From a virus, in IMG/VR virus record IMGVR_UViG_3300030616_000506, positions 80,546 to 144,545 of that record: a stretch of DNA of 64,000 nt. One strand, 5' to 3'. Shown here one piece after another: positions 52,948 to 63,385 of this stretch; within the stretch, counting starts at the first letter, position 1; every line of letters begins with the position of its first letter. The notes under the pieces were generated by a model. The model saw only the letters and a program-made list of their open reading frames with translations, was not told where the DNA came from and made no database searches. Both the position numbers and the translations under genes were made by a program.

Positions 52948-53429
52948 TTTATATTTACATCTGGTCTTTTTAATAAGCTATCCCTCTTCTTTTTACTCTT
53001 TTTACTTTGATAATCTTTAATAGGTTTACAACCATTATGAACCCATTCTTCATATTCATTAGCACTACCACCATCCTGTCCATATACTTCTCCACTTAAT
53101 TCATCCTGTATCTTTTTTAATGTGGGAAATAACTGATGTTGACAATGCTGATGTCCATCTATCCTTATACCATCATCTCCATAACCATTATCCTCACCAT
53201 CTCCATATATATGTATAGTTGCTCCATTTTCATAATCAGGCATATTAGGATTATCTTTATCAAATACTACTGACATCTTATCTCCTGAATTATCCCATTC
53301 ATATATATCATTACTAGGAATTTCTATATAATATATTCCTAAATCTTTAAGCATCTCTATAACTTGCTCTTTAGTATAATCATCAGGTAATCTCAACACT
53401 AACTCACTACAATTTGGATTTAATAGCAT
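52944..53429 (-). CDS. LNPNCSE-motif protein 4
   Basis: MLLNPNCSE. Confidence 0.75.
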   Translation of the reverse strand: MLLNPNCSELVLRLPDDYTKEQVIEMLKDLGIYYIEIPSNDIYEWDNSGDKMSVVFDKDNPNMPDYENGATIHIYGDGEDNGYGDDGIRIDGHQHCQHQLFPTLKKIQDELSGEVYGQDGGSANEYEEWVHNGCKPIKDYQSKKSKKKRDSLLKRPDVNIK

Positions 53430-53905
53430 TTTTATTTTCTCCTTTTCATCATATAATATAAACTATATAATCCTAATATAAATACTATTGGAAACATTAT
53501 AGCCTCTATATCAGCTTCTCCTAGCTTATTTATTAATATCGTAGTTGATTTACTAGGATGAAAATAAGCACTAAAAAATGTATAGGTTAATGTTATTGTA
53601 TTAGCAAATAAACAAGCTACACCTATTGTTGCTATAAAATGTTTTCTATCCTTTACTCTTAATTTTATTCTAATGTAACTCACCTGTTTTCTTTATGGAT
53701 TTTTCTCTATCTTTAATCAATCTTTTAATGTTTTCTTTAGTTCTTATTTCCTTTAGTCTTTCCTTAAGTTTAGTAATCTCATTAAGACAGTTAAGTATTT
53801 CCTTATCTATATCCATATCTCTATATTTTTCTAATAAGGTTACTCTACCTCTATAATATTTAAGTAATTTTTTAATTGCATCTTTAGTCATCTCTCCATT
53901 AGGCA

Positions 53906-54211
53906 TTACATACCACCACAATCTGTATAATTCTCACTAATAAATGGAGCTATATTATCTAACATATGACTAATATCATCTCCTTGCTCTTCTATTAAGA
54001 CAAGATGTAATAATTCGTGGGATATAGTTGAGCATATAGTCTTATAATTTTCTTCCTTTAAAAATCTAGGATTAAGATGTATCCTATTATCTTCCATTAC
54101 TGCTCCTGTCCATATACCATTCCAACCAAAAGTAAAAATATATTCCTTATCTAACTCATCATATTTCTTTATGGTTATATTACTTCCATCTACAATAGAC
54201 ATAATAATCAC
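53906..54211 (-). CDS. Small HExxH zincin-like protein
   Basis: IHLNP...ISHELLH. Confidence 0.55.
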   Translation of the reverse strand: MIIMSIVDGSNITIKKYDELDKEYIFTFGWNGIWTGAVMEDNRIHLNPRFLKEENYKTICSTISHELLHLVLIEEQGDDISHMLDNIAPFISENYTDCGGM

Positions 54212-55357
54212 TCTGCATAAGTATAATCATTTGGAGGATATGTTTTATTCTGTAAATCCTCAATGTATTTAGTCATCTCTAGTTTCTTTAGTTCATCTAC
54301 TTTCTTTTTTAATCTTTCCATTCTGTCTTCCTCACTCTCATAACTACAATCTACATCATACATTACAGTTCACAACCACATACCCAGCATTCATCTGCAT
54401 TGATATTATTTCCCATTCCACAATCTTTACATATCTTTTTATTCTTCATCACATACACCTTCCCAACATTTTAATAGAGTTTGTATCTTATTTTCTTTTC
54501 CCCATTTCTTTAAATCTTCATAAGCTTCTTTGTGATAAACTTTTATTATCTTTGTAGCTAGATTAATATCACCAGCTGGTCTAGATATATTTATAGTTTC
54601 TTTAATCTCCTTAAACCATTTCTTTTTAGTTCTTTCATAAGGTATATATTTCCATACAGTAGCAAATTTACCTGCACAGGATACCTGAAAATAATAATCA
54701 TCTCCAAAATAATTATCTAGCTCTTTCCTAAATATATCATCTTTCTTTTTTCTTAACATATTTGTGCATATTTCTTCCTTCATATATATTCCTCTATATA
54801 AGATGATATCTCTTTAATATTTCATAGTCCTTAAAGTATAGTAAATCCCATATCTGAAACAGCTTACCCAATCCCATATGGTTACATACACCCAAGAAAC
54901 TACTGTATGTTTGCTCTCTACTTTTTTTACTCTTATATTTCTTTCTCATTTTATTCCTCTTTATAATTACACATTATATCTGAACAACCTAATACCTGTC
55001 CACCACCAGCACAACAATACCATATCTTTAGTGGCTTTCCACAGATAGGACATTTATCTCCTATTTTCATTTCAGTCACTCATCAAAAACTTTTATCTTT
55101 AATAACCATAATTGCATAAGGTATCCAAGCCAATAAATTAAATGGGAATATTTTATCACTAATGGCTAACAGTCCTAATGATACTATTGCACCAAATAGA
55201 AAAGTATATGTTTTTACTTTCATTTTCATTTCAATTACTCTCACTTTAATATTCTACTCGCTAATCTATGTATTCTTTCATGTTGTTTTAATTCTTTTTT
55301 ATTTAGTTTATACCAAACTAATCCTATATTTCTTGTTTTGTATATGTAAGTAATTTT

Positions 55358-55372
55358 CATTTTCAATCACTC
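55358..55372 (-). promoter_or_regulatory. Archaeal-type RBS/start context GAGTGATTGAAAATG
   Basis: Identical 15-mer at 56957-56971, near-identical at 55487-55500 and before several other short ORFs; complementary to the archaeal 16S 3' tail. Confidence 0.6.
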
Positions 55373-55814
55373 TTTTATAATTTCTTTTAAAGTATTAGTA
55401 ACATCAACTCTATTATAATACTTTTTTAAATCTGGTATTTGAGTTTCTAAATAATCTGCTAACCAATTAGGCATTAATATTATATCCATTTCAATCACTC
55501 AACTTTATAAAATTTCTTTTAACTATAAGCTCCTCATATCTTATATCAACATTCATCTTATTGTAATCTATTAAAATTTGATACACCCAAATATTAGAGT
55601 TACCTTTAGTATCAAGATGTATTAAGTCTATAAATTTATCTCCTATTATCATTTTATTTCTTTTCCTTTCTACAACAAGTGCATCTCCAACTATCATCTT
55701 TCATTTTATTATGCACTCTTTTTCCTTTACCATATATCTTATCCTGTTGAGGACATTCACAATCACAGGATAATATCTTACAGTTTGTTTCCTTTTTAGT
55801 TTTATCTCCTTCCG

Positions 55815-56177
55815 TCATAAATATTCCACCATTACTCTATCCCTTAACTCAATGGGTATTTCATTATCCTTTAATTTTCTTAACTTTAAAATTTCTATCC
55901 ACGAACTAGAAGCATACTTATCTCCTTCAACTAATTCCTTTAATAGATATCCCCCATATAATAATAAATCACTCAACATTCCTTCATTATCTTTATATCT
56001 ATTATATTCAAGATAGTAACTCATATTTTCTATATGCAAACAAAATAATCTATCCATAATATATATCCTAAAGAGTTTATTATTAATTCCTGCTATATTA
56101 ATAGGAGTAGCACTAACATAAGTTCTAATCTGACTATCCTCATCTATTTCAGGTAGTTTATTCCTCTTTAATTTCAT
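55815..56177 (-). CDS. Hypothetical protein with C-terminal tag (RDRVMVEYL)
   Basis: ORF track; tag. Confidence 0.6.
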   Translation of the reverse strand: MKLKRNKLPEIDEDSQIRTYVSATPINIAGINNKLFRIYIMDRLFCLHIENMSYYLEYNRYKDNEGMLSDLLLYGGYLLKELVEGDKYASSSWIEILKLRKLKDNEIPIELRDRVMVEYL

Positions 56178-56608
56178 CCATTAATTCCCCAATAACTTTA
56201 AGCAATTTAGAATGAACAGTTTTTATTCCTTCTTTATAGCCATCTTTATAACCTTCATCATACTTATCATTCATAAAGATTACCTCTTACTTTATTATAT
56301 AAAATCTATTAGCCAAATGTTTAGTGAATATTTCTATATTGTCATCTGTCAGTAAACTTTCATTAAAAGCAACTATCCTTATATCCTTATGTTTATCTAA
56401 AAGATAGTCCACTATTAAATGAATATCTGCTCTACTTAATTTCTTCATCTAATTTCCTCTTACTTATTATTATTTATTCCTAATTATAGAAATTATTTTA
56501 TATATCCAAGTTGCTAACTGCCAACCAGCAATAAAACTAACTATTATTATATAGATAATCTCTACTGTTCCTATTTCTATATTCATTTTACTACCTCACT
56601 TTTTTAAC

Positions 56609-56667
56609 CCTATAAAATTGTTCCATATATAGAACTTTTTGCCTATAAAATATTCCATATATAGAAC
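56609..56667. repeat. Tandem ~27-bp direct repeat with internal dyad
   Basis: CCTATAAAAT(TG/A)TTCCATATATAGAAC at 56609-56635 and 56642-56667. Confidence 0.75.
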
Positions 56668-57822
56668 AAAATGGCTTAAAACGATTTTTAATCACTAAAC
56701 TCTCCAATGTTTAGCATAAAAACCTATTTCCTAACCATTTATCCAGAATTAAAGGAAGATAAATATACCCCTTATTTCTTTTTATTCACTTTCTTATTTT
56801 CCTTTTCAAACCATTCCTTTATATCCTTCCATTCGTTAGGTGTAAACATCATAATTTACATCTCCTTTTTATAATCATATATTTACCATACATTTTCTTT
56901 ATATATTTAGTAACCCTGTAATCTATAATCCTATTTCTAATCTTGTTAAGGATAGTCATTTTCAATCACTCAAAATCATAAGCATTATCTATATACCAAC
57001 CTTTAGGATTATCTCTACCTAATGTAGTATCCCCTATTTTATCTGCAAGACTATCATATGCTTTATATTCAAGCATACTATCAGTATCATTTTCACATAC
57101 ATCTACCAATACATATATATGCTCTTTATCATTGCAGAAATGATATTCCAATATATTTGTTTTCATTTTAATCACTCTATTTCATTCACTAAAGGATTAC
57201 TCTCTTTAGATTTTTTAACTGTAATCTCTATACAATATAATTCCCCACTCTCTAAATATGTTGGCTTTATATCTATATCTGAATGGGTTTTATACCATAT
57301 CCTTTTCCAATTTGTCTTATTTTTAATCATTCCCCATCACCTATTTTATCTAATCATCTACAAAATAATACCAAAACTTTTTACCATTTTTTATTTCAAA
57401 ACCCCTATATATATTTTTATCCAATTTACAGGCACATCTTAAAGCATCTCTAATATTATTAAACTTTGGTTTATCTTTACTCACATTACTAATCTCCTTT
57501 TATTAATTCCTTTCCACACTTACTACATCTGTAAACATCATCTATATAAGAATACACCAATTCATGTCTACACATTTTAATCACTCTTTTTAAATGTGAT
57601 ATGGGTTTACTTTTTAATTTTATATATAGGTAAAAGAAACCCAACCTTAAAGAAACCTATTGTTTATTCTAATATTTTACAATCTATTATATTTGTATCA
57701 TCAAAGTATATACGAATTACTGTTCTTTCTTTATTTATAAAGGCTATATCCATAACCTTATTTCCTTCTAATCTTATTTCATTATTCATTTATATCATCT
57801 CCTTTTTATAGGAGGGGATTAA

Positions 57823-57970
57823 GATATAGAGCAAGTATTAAAACTTGTATCTGAATTGAACAGATAACCCACTAATTATATTTATTCGTATAGTAAAGAA
57901 TAGTTTATCACTCTATACGAATATTTATATCTAATGGAAACCTAACCATAGGATAACGCCACTCTATATC
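57823..57970 (-). ncRNA. Candidate structured non-coding RNA with T-loop hairpin
   Basis: Closing 9-bp stem plus internal stems of 5, 6 and 11+ bp; GTTCAATTC loop on the minus strand. Confidence 0.5.
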
Positions 57971-58423
57971 CTTGTTTTATTCACGATTTTCTAACTCTTT
58001 TTGTATAATTGCTATTTGCTCTAAAAACCAAAAGTCTATTTGTCCATTATCAAATGCTAATGAGTATTCTTCAAGTTTTTTAAGCAACTTTTCTTTACTC
58101 ATTTTTGAGTAATCCATTTTAACACCTTTATTATAAATATAACTCTACTCAATTATACATATTTGCTGGATATTTATTCAGTAAATCTTCTACAATTTTT
58201 CTATTTGTAATCATTACTACACTACCTAATGTAGCAACAATTTTACCTGAATTTTTATCATATATTTTATATCCAAGAAATTCCATATCATTATTCATAT
58301 TACTACCATTGTTTTATAGTATGAACATTTCAAGCACTTTTTCTGCTTCTTCTTTTGAACAACCTGTTATTAGGTTGATTTTCTTTAGTGTTTCTTTTAC
58401 ATATTCCATTTCTATTTCTCCAT

Positions 58424-58741
58424 TTAAATTTTATTCTGAATGTTATGAAAGATTTTTGAATGTAGATATGCAGGTAAGCACAATAGATTACCTGATAGAT
58501 ATACTACTTTACCAAAAAGCATAAAACAGTATATCTTTTTACCTAATCTATTGTCTTTTTTATTCCTATTAATATGGTGTATTTCATATCCTTTAGGAAT
58601 TTTTCCATATCTTAATTCCCATAAATATCTATGTTGAAATTCTAATTTTGTATCGCCATTTTTATTCATACGATACTCATAGATATATCCTTGCTTATCA
58701 TAGGAATTAAGCAAAGTTTCGTATTGCATTTTACTCATCAT
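58424..58741 (-). CDS. HNH endonuclease-like protein
   Basis: HRYLWE..YGKIPKGYEIHHINRNKKDNR...NL...H. Confidence 0.75.
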   Translation of the reverse strand: MMSKMQYETLLNSYDKQGYIYEYRMNKNGDTKLEFQHRYLWELRYGKIPKGYEIHHINRNKKDNRLGKKIYCFMLFGKVVYLSGNLLCLPAYLHSKIFHNIQNKI

Positions 58742-59273
58742 CTATATATATGAATGGTAACTCATAAGGAATGAATACATTAAACACACTTTCATAAGTG
58801 CAATATAATTTACTCACTATCCTATGCACTATTTTATTGTAGTGAGAATACCTATGGATTTTAAATACAAACTTTTCAAAAATCCATTCAGCAATCACTA
58901 CACATTTTTTACCTAACATTTAATCACTATTTGTAAAGTTTTTCAAAGATACTATCACTTGCTATATCACATTCAATACTATATTTACAATGTTTTTCCT
59001 GAATTTTCCATAGCATTTTATAATTAAATTTCAAGCATAGGATACATATTATTTGATGTAACCTATAATGAAATTCATTCACTAATCTATGTATCATTTT
59101 TACTCACTATTTATAATTCTCTTATTCTAATTCCACAGATAACAGTATTCATAATTTCAAGCATTTCTTTATGCTCTTTTTTACTATCTACTGTTGCTAC
59201 TACTGTAAATCCATTCACTATTTCATCTCTCCTTTTATTGCTACTTAAAGCGTAATCCTAATAAAAAATAAAT

Positions 59274-59344
59274 TCAGGATACCATTACTATTTTTTTTTA
59301 CCATAACTATTATTGTATGTGGATTTCTACTCACAGTATCCTGA
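59274..59344 (-). terminator. Stem-loop closed by a 9-bp stem followed by a T-tract
   Basis: TCAGGATAC / GTATCCTGA; ATTTATTTTTT follows on the minus strand; just downstream of ORF 59362..59550. Confidence 0.45.
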
Positions 59345-59361
59345 TTGTTTTAAGCACATAA

Positions 59362-59550
59362 TTATGCTTTCTTTTCGGTAAGGTAACCAGATAGGTAATG
59401 AATTTTACCGTCAATGACATGCTGTCCATATAATCTGAACATTTTGTTACCATTACTTGATTTTGATTTTGTAGCAGTAACAGTTCCGATTTCAATAGCA
59501 ACTTTTTCATTACCATTGCTGGATTTACCTAATTCTACAACTTTACTCAT
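59362..59550 (-). CDS. Small basic protein with internal SSNGN repeat
   Basis: GGAG RBS upstream; KSSNGNEK / KSSNGNKM. Confidence 0.55.
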   Translation of the reverse strand: MSKVVELGKSSNGNEKVAIEIGTVTATKSKSSNGNKMFRLYGQHVIDGKIHYLSGYLTEKKA

Positions 59551-60286
59551 AGAATTTATCTCCTTTTTAGTTGTCTTTTTTAAAGTAGAGATTATAAAAC
59601 TACTGTTACAAAGTAACTCTAATTTTTAAGCACTTATTGTATCTGCTTTAAGGTTGTAATGAAGTTAAATTTAATCACATATACAGAAACCTTTTTATGG
59701 GTAGGTAAACACCAAATAAAATCACTACAATACCTATATTTACAGCAATAAGCACTTATTTATTCATATTTTAATTGATATTTTTACCTTATACCTATCC
59801 AAAAGAAATAAGATTTATTTAATATTTGTAATTATTTTTCTATTATTATAAAATAATCCTATATGTAAACATCTTTTATACTTTAAGAATGAACTATTTT
59901 CATTCCAAGTATTATTAGGAAAGGTTAATATATCAAATATTATATTTCCATTTTTATTTACATATACTATCTGATTTTTATTAACTATATGTTTTATTTT
60001 ATTCATATTCTCACAACTCTTTTTGGGATATAAGATAAAAAGTAAGGATAATAACCTATATTTAAGCACATATGGTAATGGCTTTTAAAGTATCCATATA
60101 GTTATTGCTATTATCCTTACGAATAACTGTTGCTATATTTCAAGCACATTGTTATTACTGTTTTTACTGTTATTATTAGTCATAGTGGATAATAATACCA
60201 TAAAATATCTTTTACTAATGATATTTATTTATACTATAAGATAAATTTTAGAATAACCAATATTCTTTTAAATATCCTATAATAAA

Positions 60287-60357
60287 TTGAATTGTTAAAG
60301 GTTTAAAAGATGTTTAATTATTGGTTAATTAAACCTTAAACCTTTAACTTAATTCAA
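60287..60357. repeat. Long imperfect inverted repeat (7+13+9 bp arms)
   Basis: TTGAATT-GTTAAAGGTTTAA..GTTTAATTA / TAATTAAAC..TTAAACCTTTAAC..AATTCAA. Confidence 0.75.
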
Positions 60358-60379
60358 GTTTCATGGTTTATCGGTATTT

Positions 60380-60440
60380 CATATTTAAACGTTTGCATAA
60401 AGTTTATATAGTTTGTCAATAACATATTTAAACTTTATGG
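60380..60440 (-). promoter_or_regulatory. Cluster of three archaeal TATA-like boxes (putative strong early promoter)
   Basis: Minus strand AAAGTTTAAATA, ACAAACTATATAAAC, AACGTTTAAATA in tandem. Confidence 0.55.
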
Positions 60441-60669
60441 TTATTTTATTTGCTATAAAAATAAAAATATCAAAATAAAATTTATATCTTATAGGATAAA
60501 ACTTTAAGATATAATCTTATTTTCAATTTAAACCTATCTAAAATCAATCACAATCAAAAAACTATTTAGATAGGTATATTATCATTAATAAAAAAATAAT
60601 GTCTTAAATGATTTTAAAATAAATGTCAAATAAAAATAACAGTTAAAAAAAAAATAAAAAAAAAAGATT

Positions 60670-62220
60670 TTATTGTTTATGTAATTGTTTTATTTCTTTT
60701 ATTCTATTTTGACATCTAATTATTTGTTTTTGTTTTAAATTCTGTTGTGTTATCCAATATTTAGATTGTTTATTATCTATTGAATTAACTTTATTTGATT
60801 TTTTGATTAAAGAAATATTTTGTTTTAACCAATAGTTTAATTTATCTTTATCAATAACTGTTTTATCTATTAGTTTAATACCGTTTAATCTTATTAAATC
60901 ATAATCATAATTTAATATAGCATTTTTCTTTATATCATTTAACCAATAGTTTAAAACATCTATTTGTTTTTTATATAAACCATTATTATAAAATATTCTT
61001 TTATTATTCATTAATAATGATAAATACTTATCAAATAAAGATAAATCATTTTTGTTTAAGGTTTTATTGTAAATACTTATTTTTTTACCTTTAACAATTT
61101 TATAAACCTTAACATAATTATCTTTAAAATCAAATAAATTATTGTTAAAGAATAGATTATTTTTGATAAATGATTTTAGTTTTTTATCTATATTACTATT
61201 TAACAATAGGTTTTTTGTTTTTTCAAAATAGTAATTATTTGTTTTTATCATATTAATTAAACTATTGAATATTTCTAAAAACATATTACCATTAACAGTT
61301 TTTTGTTTTTTCTTTAAGTTATGATAACTAAATTTATGTTTTGTTTTGTTATCATTTAGAAAATATAAATAATCCCGATATACTTTAGATATAAACCTAT
61401 TAGATAATAGTTTTTTATTAACAGTTTTTTTACCAAATAAATTTATTATTTCATAAGGTTTATATAATTCAATATATCCATTATTTTCTAATAATTCTTT
61501 ATTATAATATAATCTATTTTTTCTTAATTCTAATTTATCTTTAGAATTTTTAATCGTATCATTATATATTTTTCTTTTAAAAGGATAACCATAATTATTA
61601 ATTGGTTTATTAAATGTATTTAAATTATCTGTTAAACCTAAATCTGTTAATCTAACAGTTATAATTTTTAAATTACTATCTAAAGATTTTAATTCACAAT
61701 CATTTTTTAAATGATAGCAAAAACCTTTAGAAATAATAAACTGGTTTATTAAATCATTATTTTTGATATTACCATTTTTATATCTGTTATATAAACCTAT
61801 ATTAAAATTACATCTAATATTGTGTTTATGTTTTTTAGAATTATAGATAAAAGGTTTATATTTTTCAATAGAAATATTATTTTCATTATTTTTATTGTTA
61901 TTATCTTTATTGTTTTTATTTTCATTTAAAGATTTTAACAATTTAGTTTTATTTCTTATTTCTTTATTGTAATTTTTCTTTAAGTTAGATAATACTTTAT
62001 TTCTATTTGATATTATCTTATTTTTAGGTTTAAAATTATTTTTGTTTTTATCTATTAAAAATGTTAAACCTAACTGTTTTTTATGTTTAGTTTTATGTTT
62101 TATTATAGGTTTATTTATCTTATTTTCTTTAAGATATTTGTTTATATCTTTTTTGTTAGTCAACAGCGTAATTTTACCATTTTTATTTATGGTTATAGAT
62201 TTTATTTTTTCGTTTTTCAT
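60670..62220 (-). CDS. Lys/Asn-rich hypothetical protein
   Basis: 516-codon open frame in very AT-rich DNA with AAGGTGT RBS before the ATG. Confidence 0.6.
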   Translation of the reverse strand: MKNEKIKSITINKNGKITLLTNKKDINKYLKENKINKPIIKHKTKHKKQLGLTFLIDKNKNNFKPKNKIISNRNKVLSNLKKNYNKEIRNKTKLLKSLNENKNNKDNNNKNNENNISIEKYKPFIYNSKKHKHNIRCNFNIGLYNRYKNGNIKNNDLINQFIISKGFCYHLKNDCELKSLDSNLKIITVRLTDLGLTDNLNTFNKPINNYGYPFKRKIYNDTIKNSKDKLELRKNRLYYNKELLENNGYIELYKPYEIINLFGKKTVNKKLLSNRFISKVYRDYLYFLNDNKTKHKFSYHNLKKKQKTVNGNMFLEIFNSLINMIKTNNYYFEKTKNLLLNSNIDKKLKSFIKNNLFFNNNLFDFKDNYVKVYKIVKGKKISIYNKTLNKNDLSLFDKYLSLLMNNKRIFYNNGLYKKQIDVLNYWLNDIKKNAILNYDYDLIRLNGIKLIDKTVIDKDKLNYWLKQNISLIKKSNKVNSIDNKQSKYWITQQNLKQKQIIRCQNRIKEIKQLHKQ

Positions 62221-63320
62221 ATTTTACACCTTTTTTATTTAATCTTTAAACATATAGTTTAAAGTTGATATTTCTTTTATGTTTATTTCTTTAATTAGAT
62301 TTATGGTTTTATCTAATTGACTAATTAACTTATTTTCTATTTCTATTCTAGGTTTAACTAATATTTCATTTTTCATAATATCTCCATAAATATACAACAA
62401 AAATTTACCATTAATCATTTATCTATACTATAAGGAGAAATAATTATCTAAATCTTAATATAAAGTAGATAGAATAAAAACCTTAATTTTATTTATTCGC
62501 TAAAAATCTAAATTAACATCTGTTAATATTATTATCTAGTTGTAAAATCTTAAAATTTTATGGTTAATGTTATACCCTATTCCCATAACTTTATATATAA
62601 AAACTTACTACTTATTATAAAGTATATATATATAAATATATATTTGAAACAAATGTTAAAAAGATAAAAATAAAATGTAACAAATGTAAGATATTAACAA
62701 CTGTTAATCAATTTAGATAATAATAAAATGTTTTAGTTTATAGATATAGTTTAATAAAAAAACTATTATTATCCATGGTTACAAATGTAAATATAATGAT
62801 AATATAAAAATATACATAAATTATTATTTAGGATTATATTAAATAATTTATAATTAAAGATAAATTAAATTGAATTATCTTTAAATTAATTAATTAATTA
62901 ATAATATATTAATAAAAGAATAAAAGATATATAGGTTTATTATTCCCATATATCTATACTATTAGAGATTGTTAATTTATCTTTATTATAGATAAATTCT
63001 ATATTGTCTTTATCTAATATCTTAAACATATTACAATCTATTTTCTATCTATTAATATACTTTATTTGTATGTAGTTATGTAAGTAAATATGCAACAGTA
63101 AAATATCGTTATAGTATAAGGTTTATATCTGTTGTTTATGTGTTATAAAACATCTTTTCGTTATACTATTGTATATCTAAATTGGTTATATCTTAAACTT
63201 ATTGAATATTACATATAATTATATATTAAGATATAAGAAAAATATTAACTATTAGAGTATTAAAATTAAGTAATAACTTAATTACATATACATATTAGAT
63301 TGTTATATTCAAATTACAAA

Positions 63321-63385
63321 TTGACTAACTAACTATTGACTATCTTAAACAAAAAACCTATTGACTAATAGTCAAAAATTGACTA
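63321..63385. repeat. Cluster of five TTGACTA heptamers in direct and inverted orientation
   Basis: TTGACTA at 63321, 63336, 63361, 63379; TAGTCAA at 63369. Confidence 0.7.

Noticed and set aside
96-62242. All plus-strand ORFs in the six-frame track
   Set aside because: Short, mostly antisense to well-supported minus-strand genes, and with F/S/L/I-rich shadow composition; no recognisable motifs.
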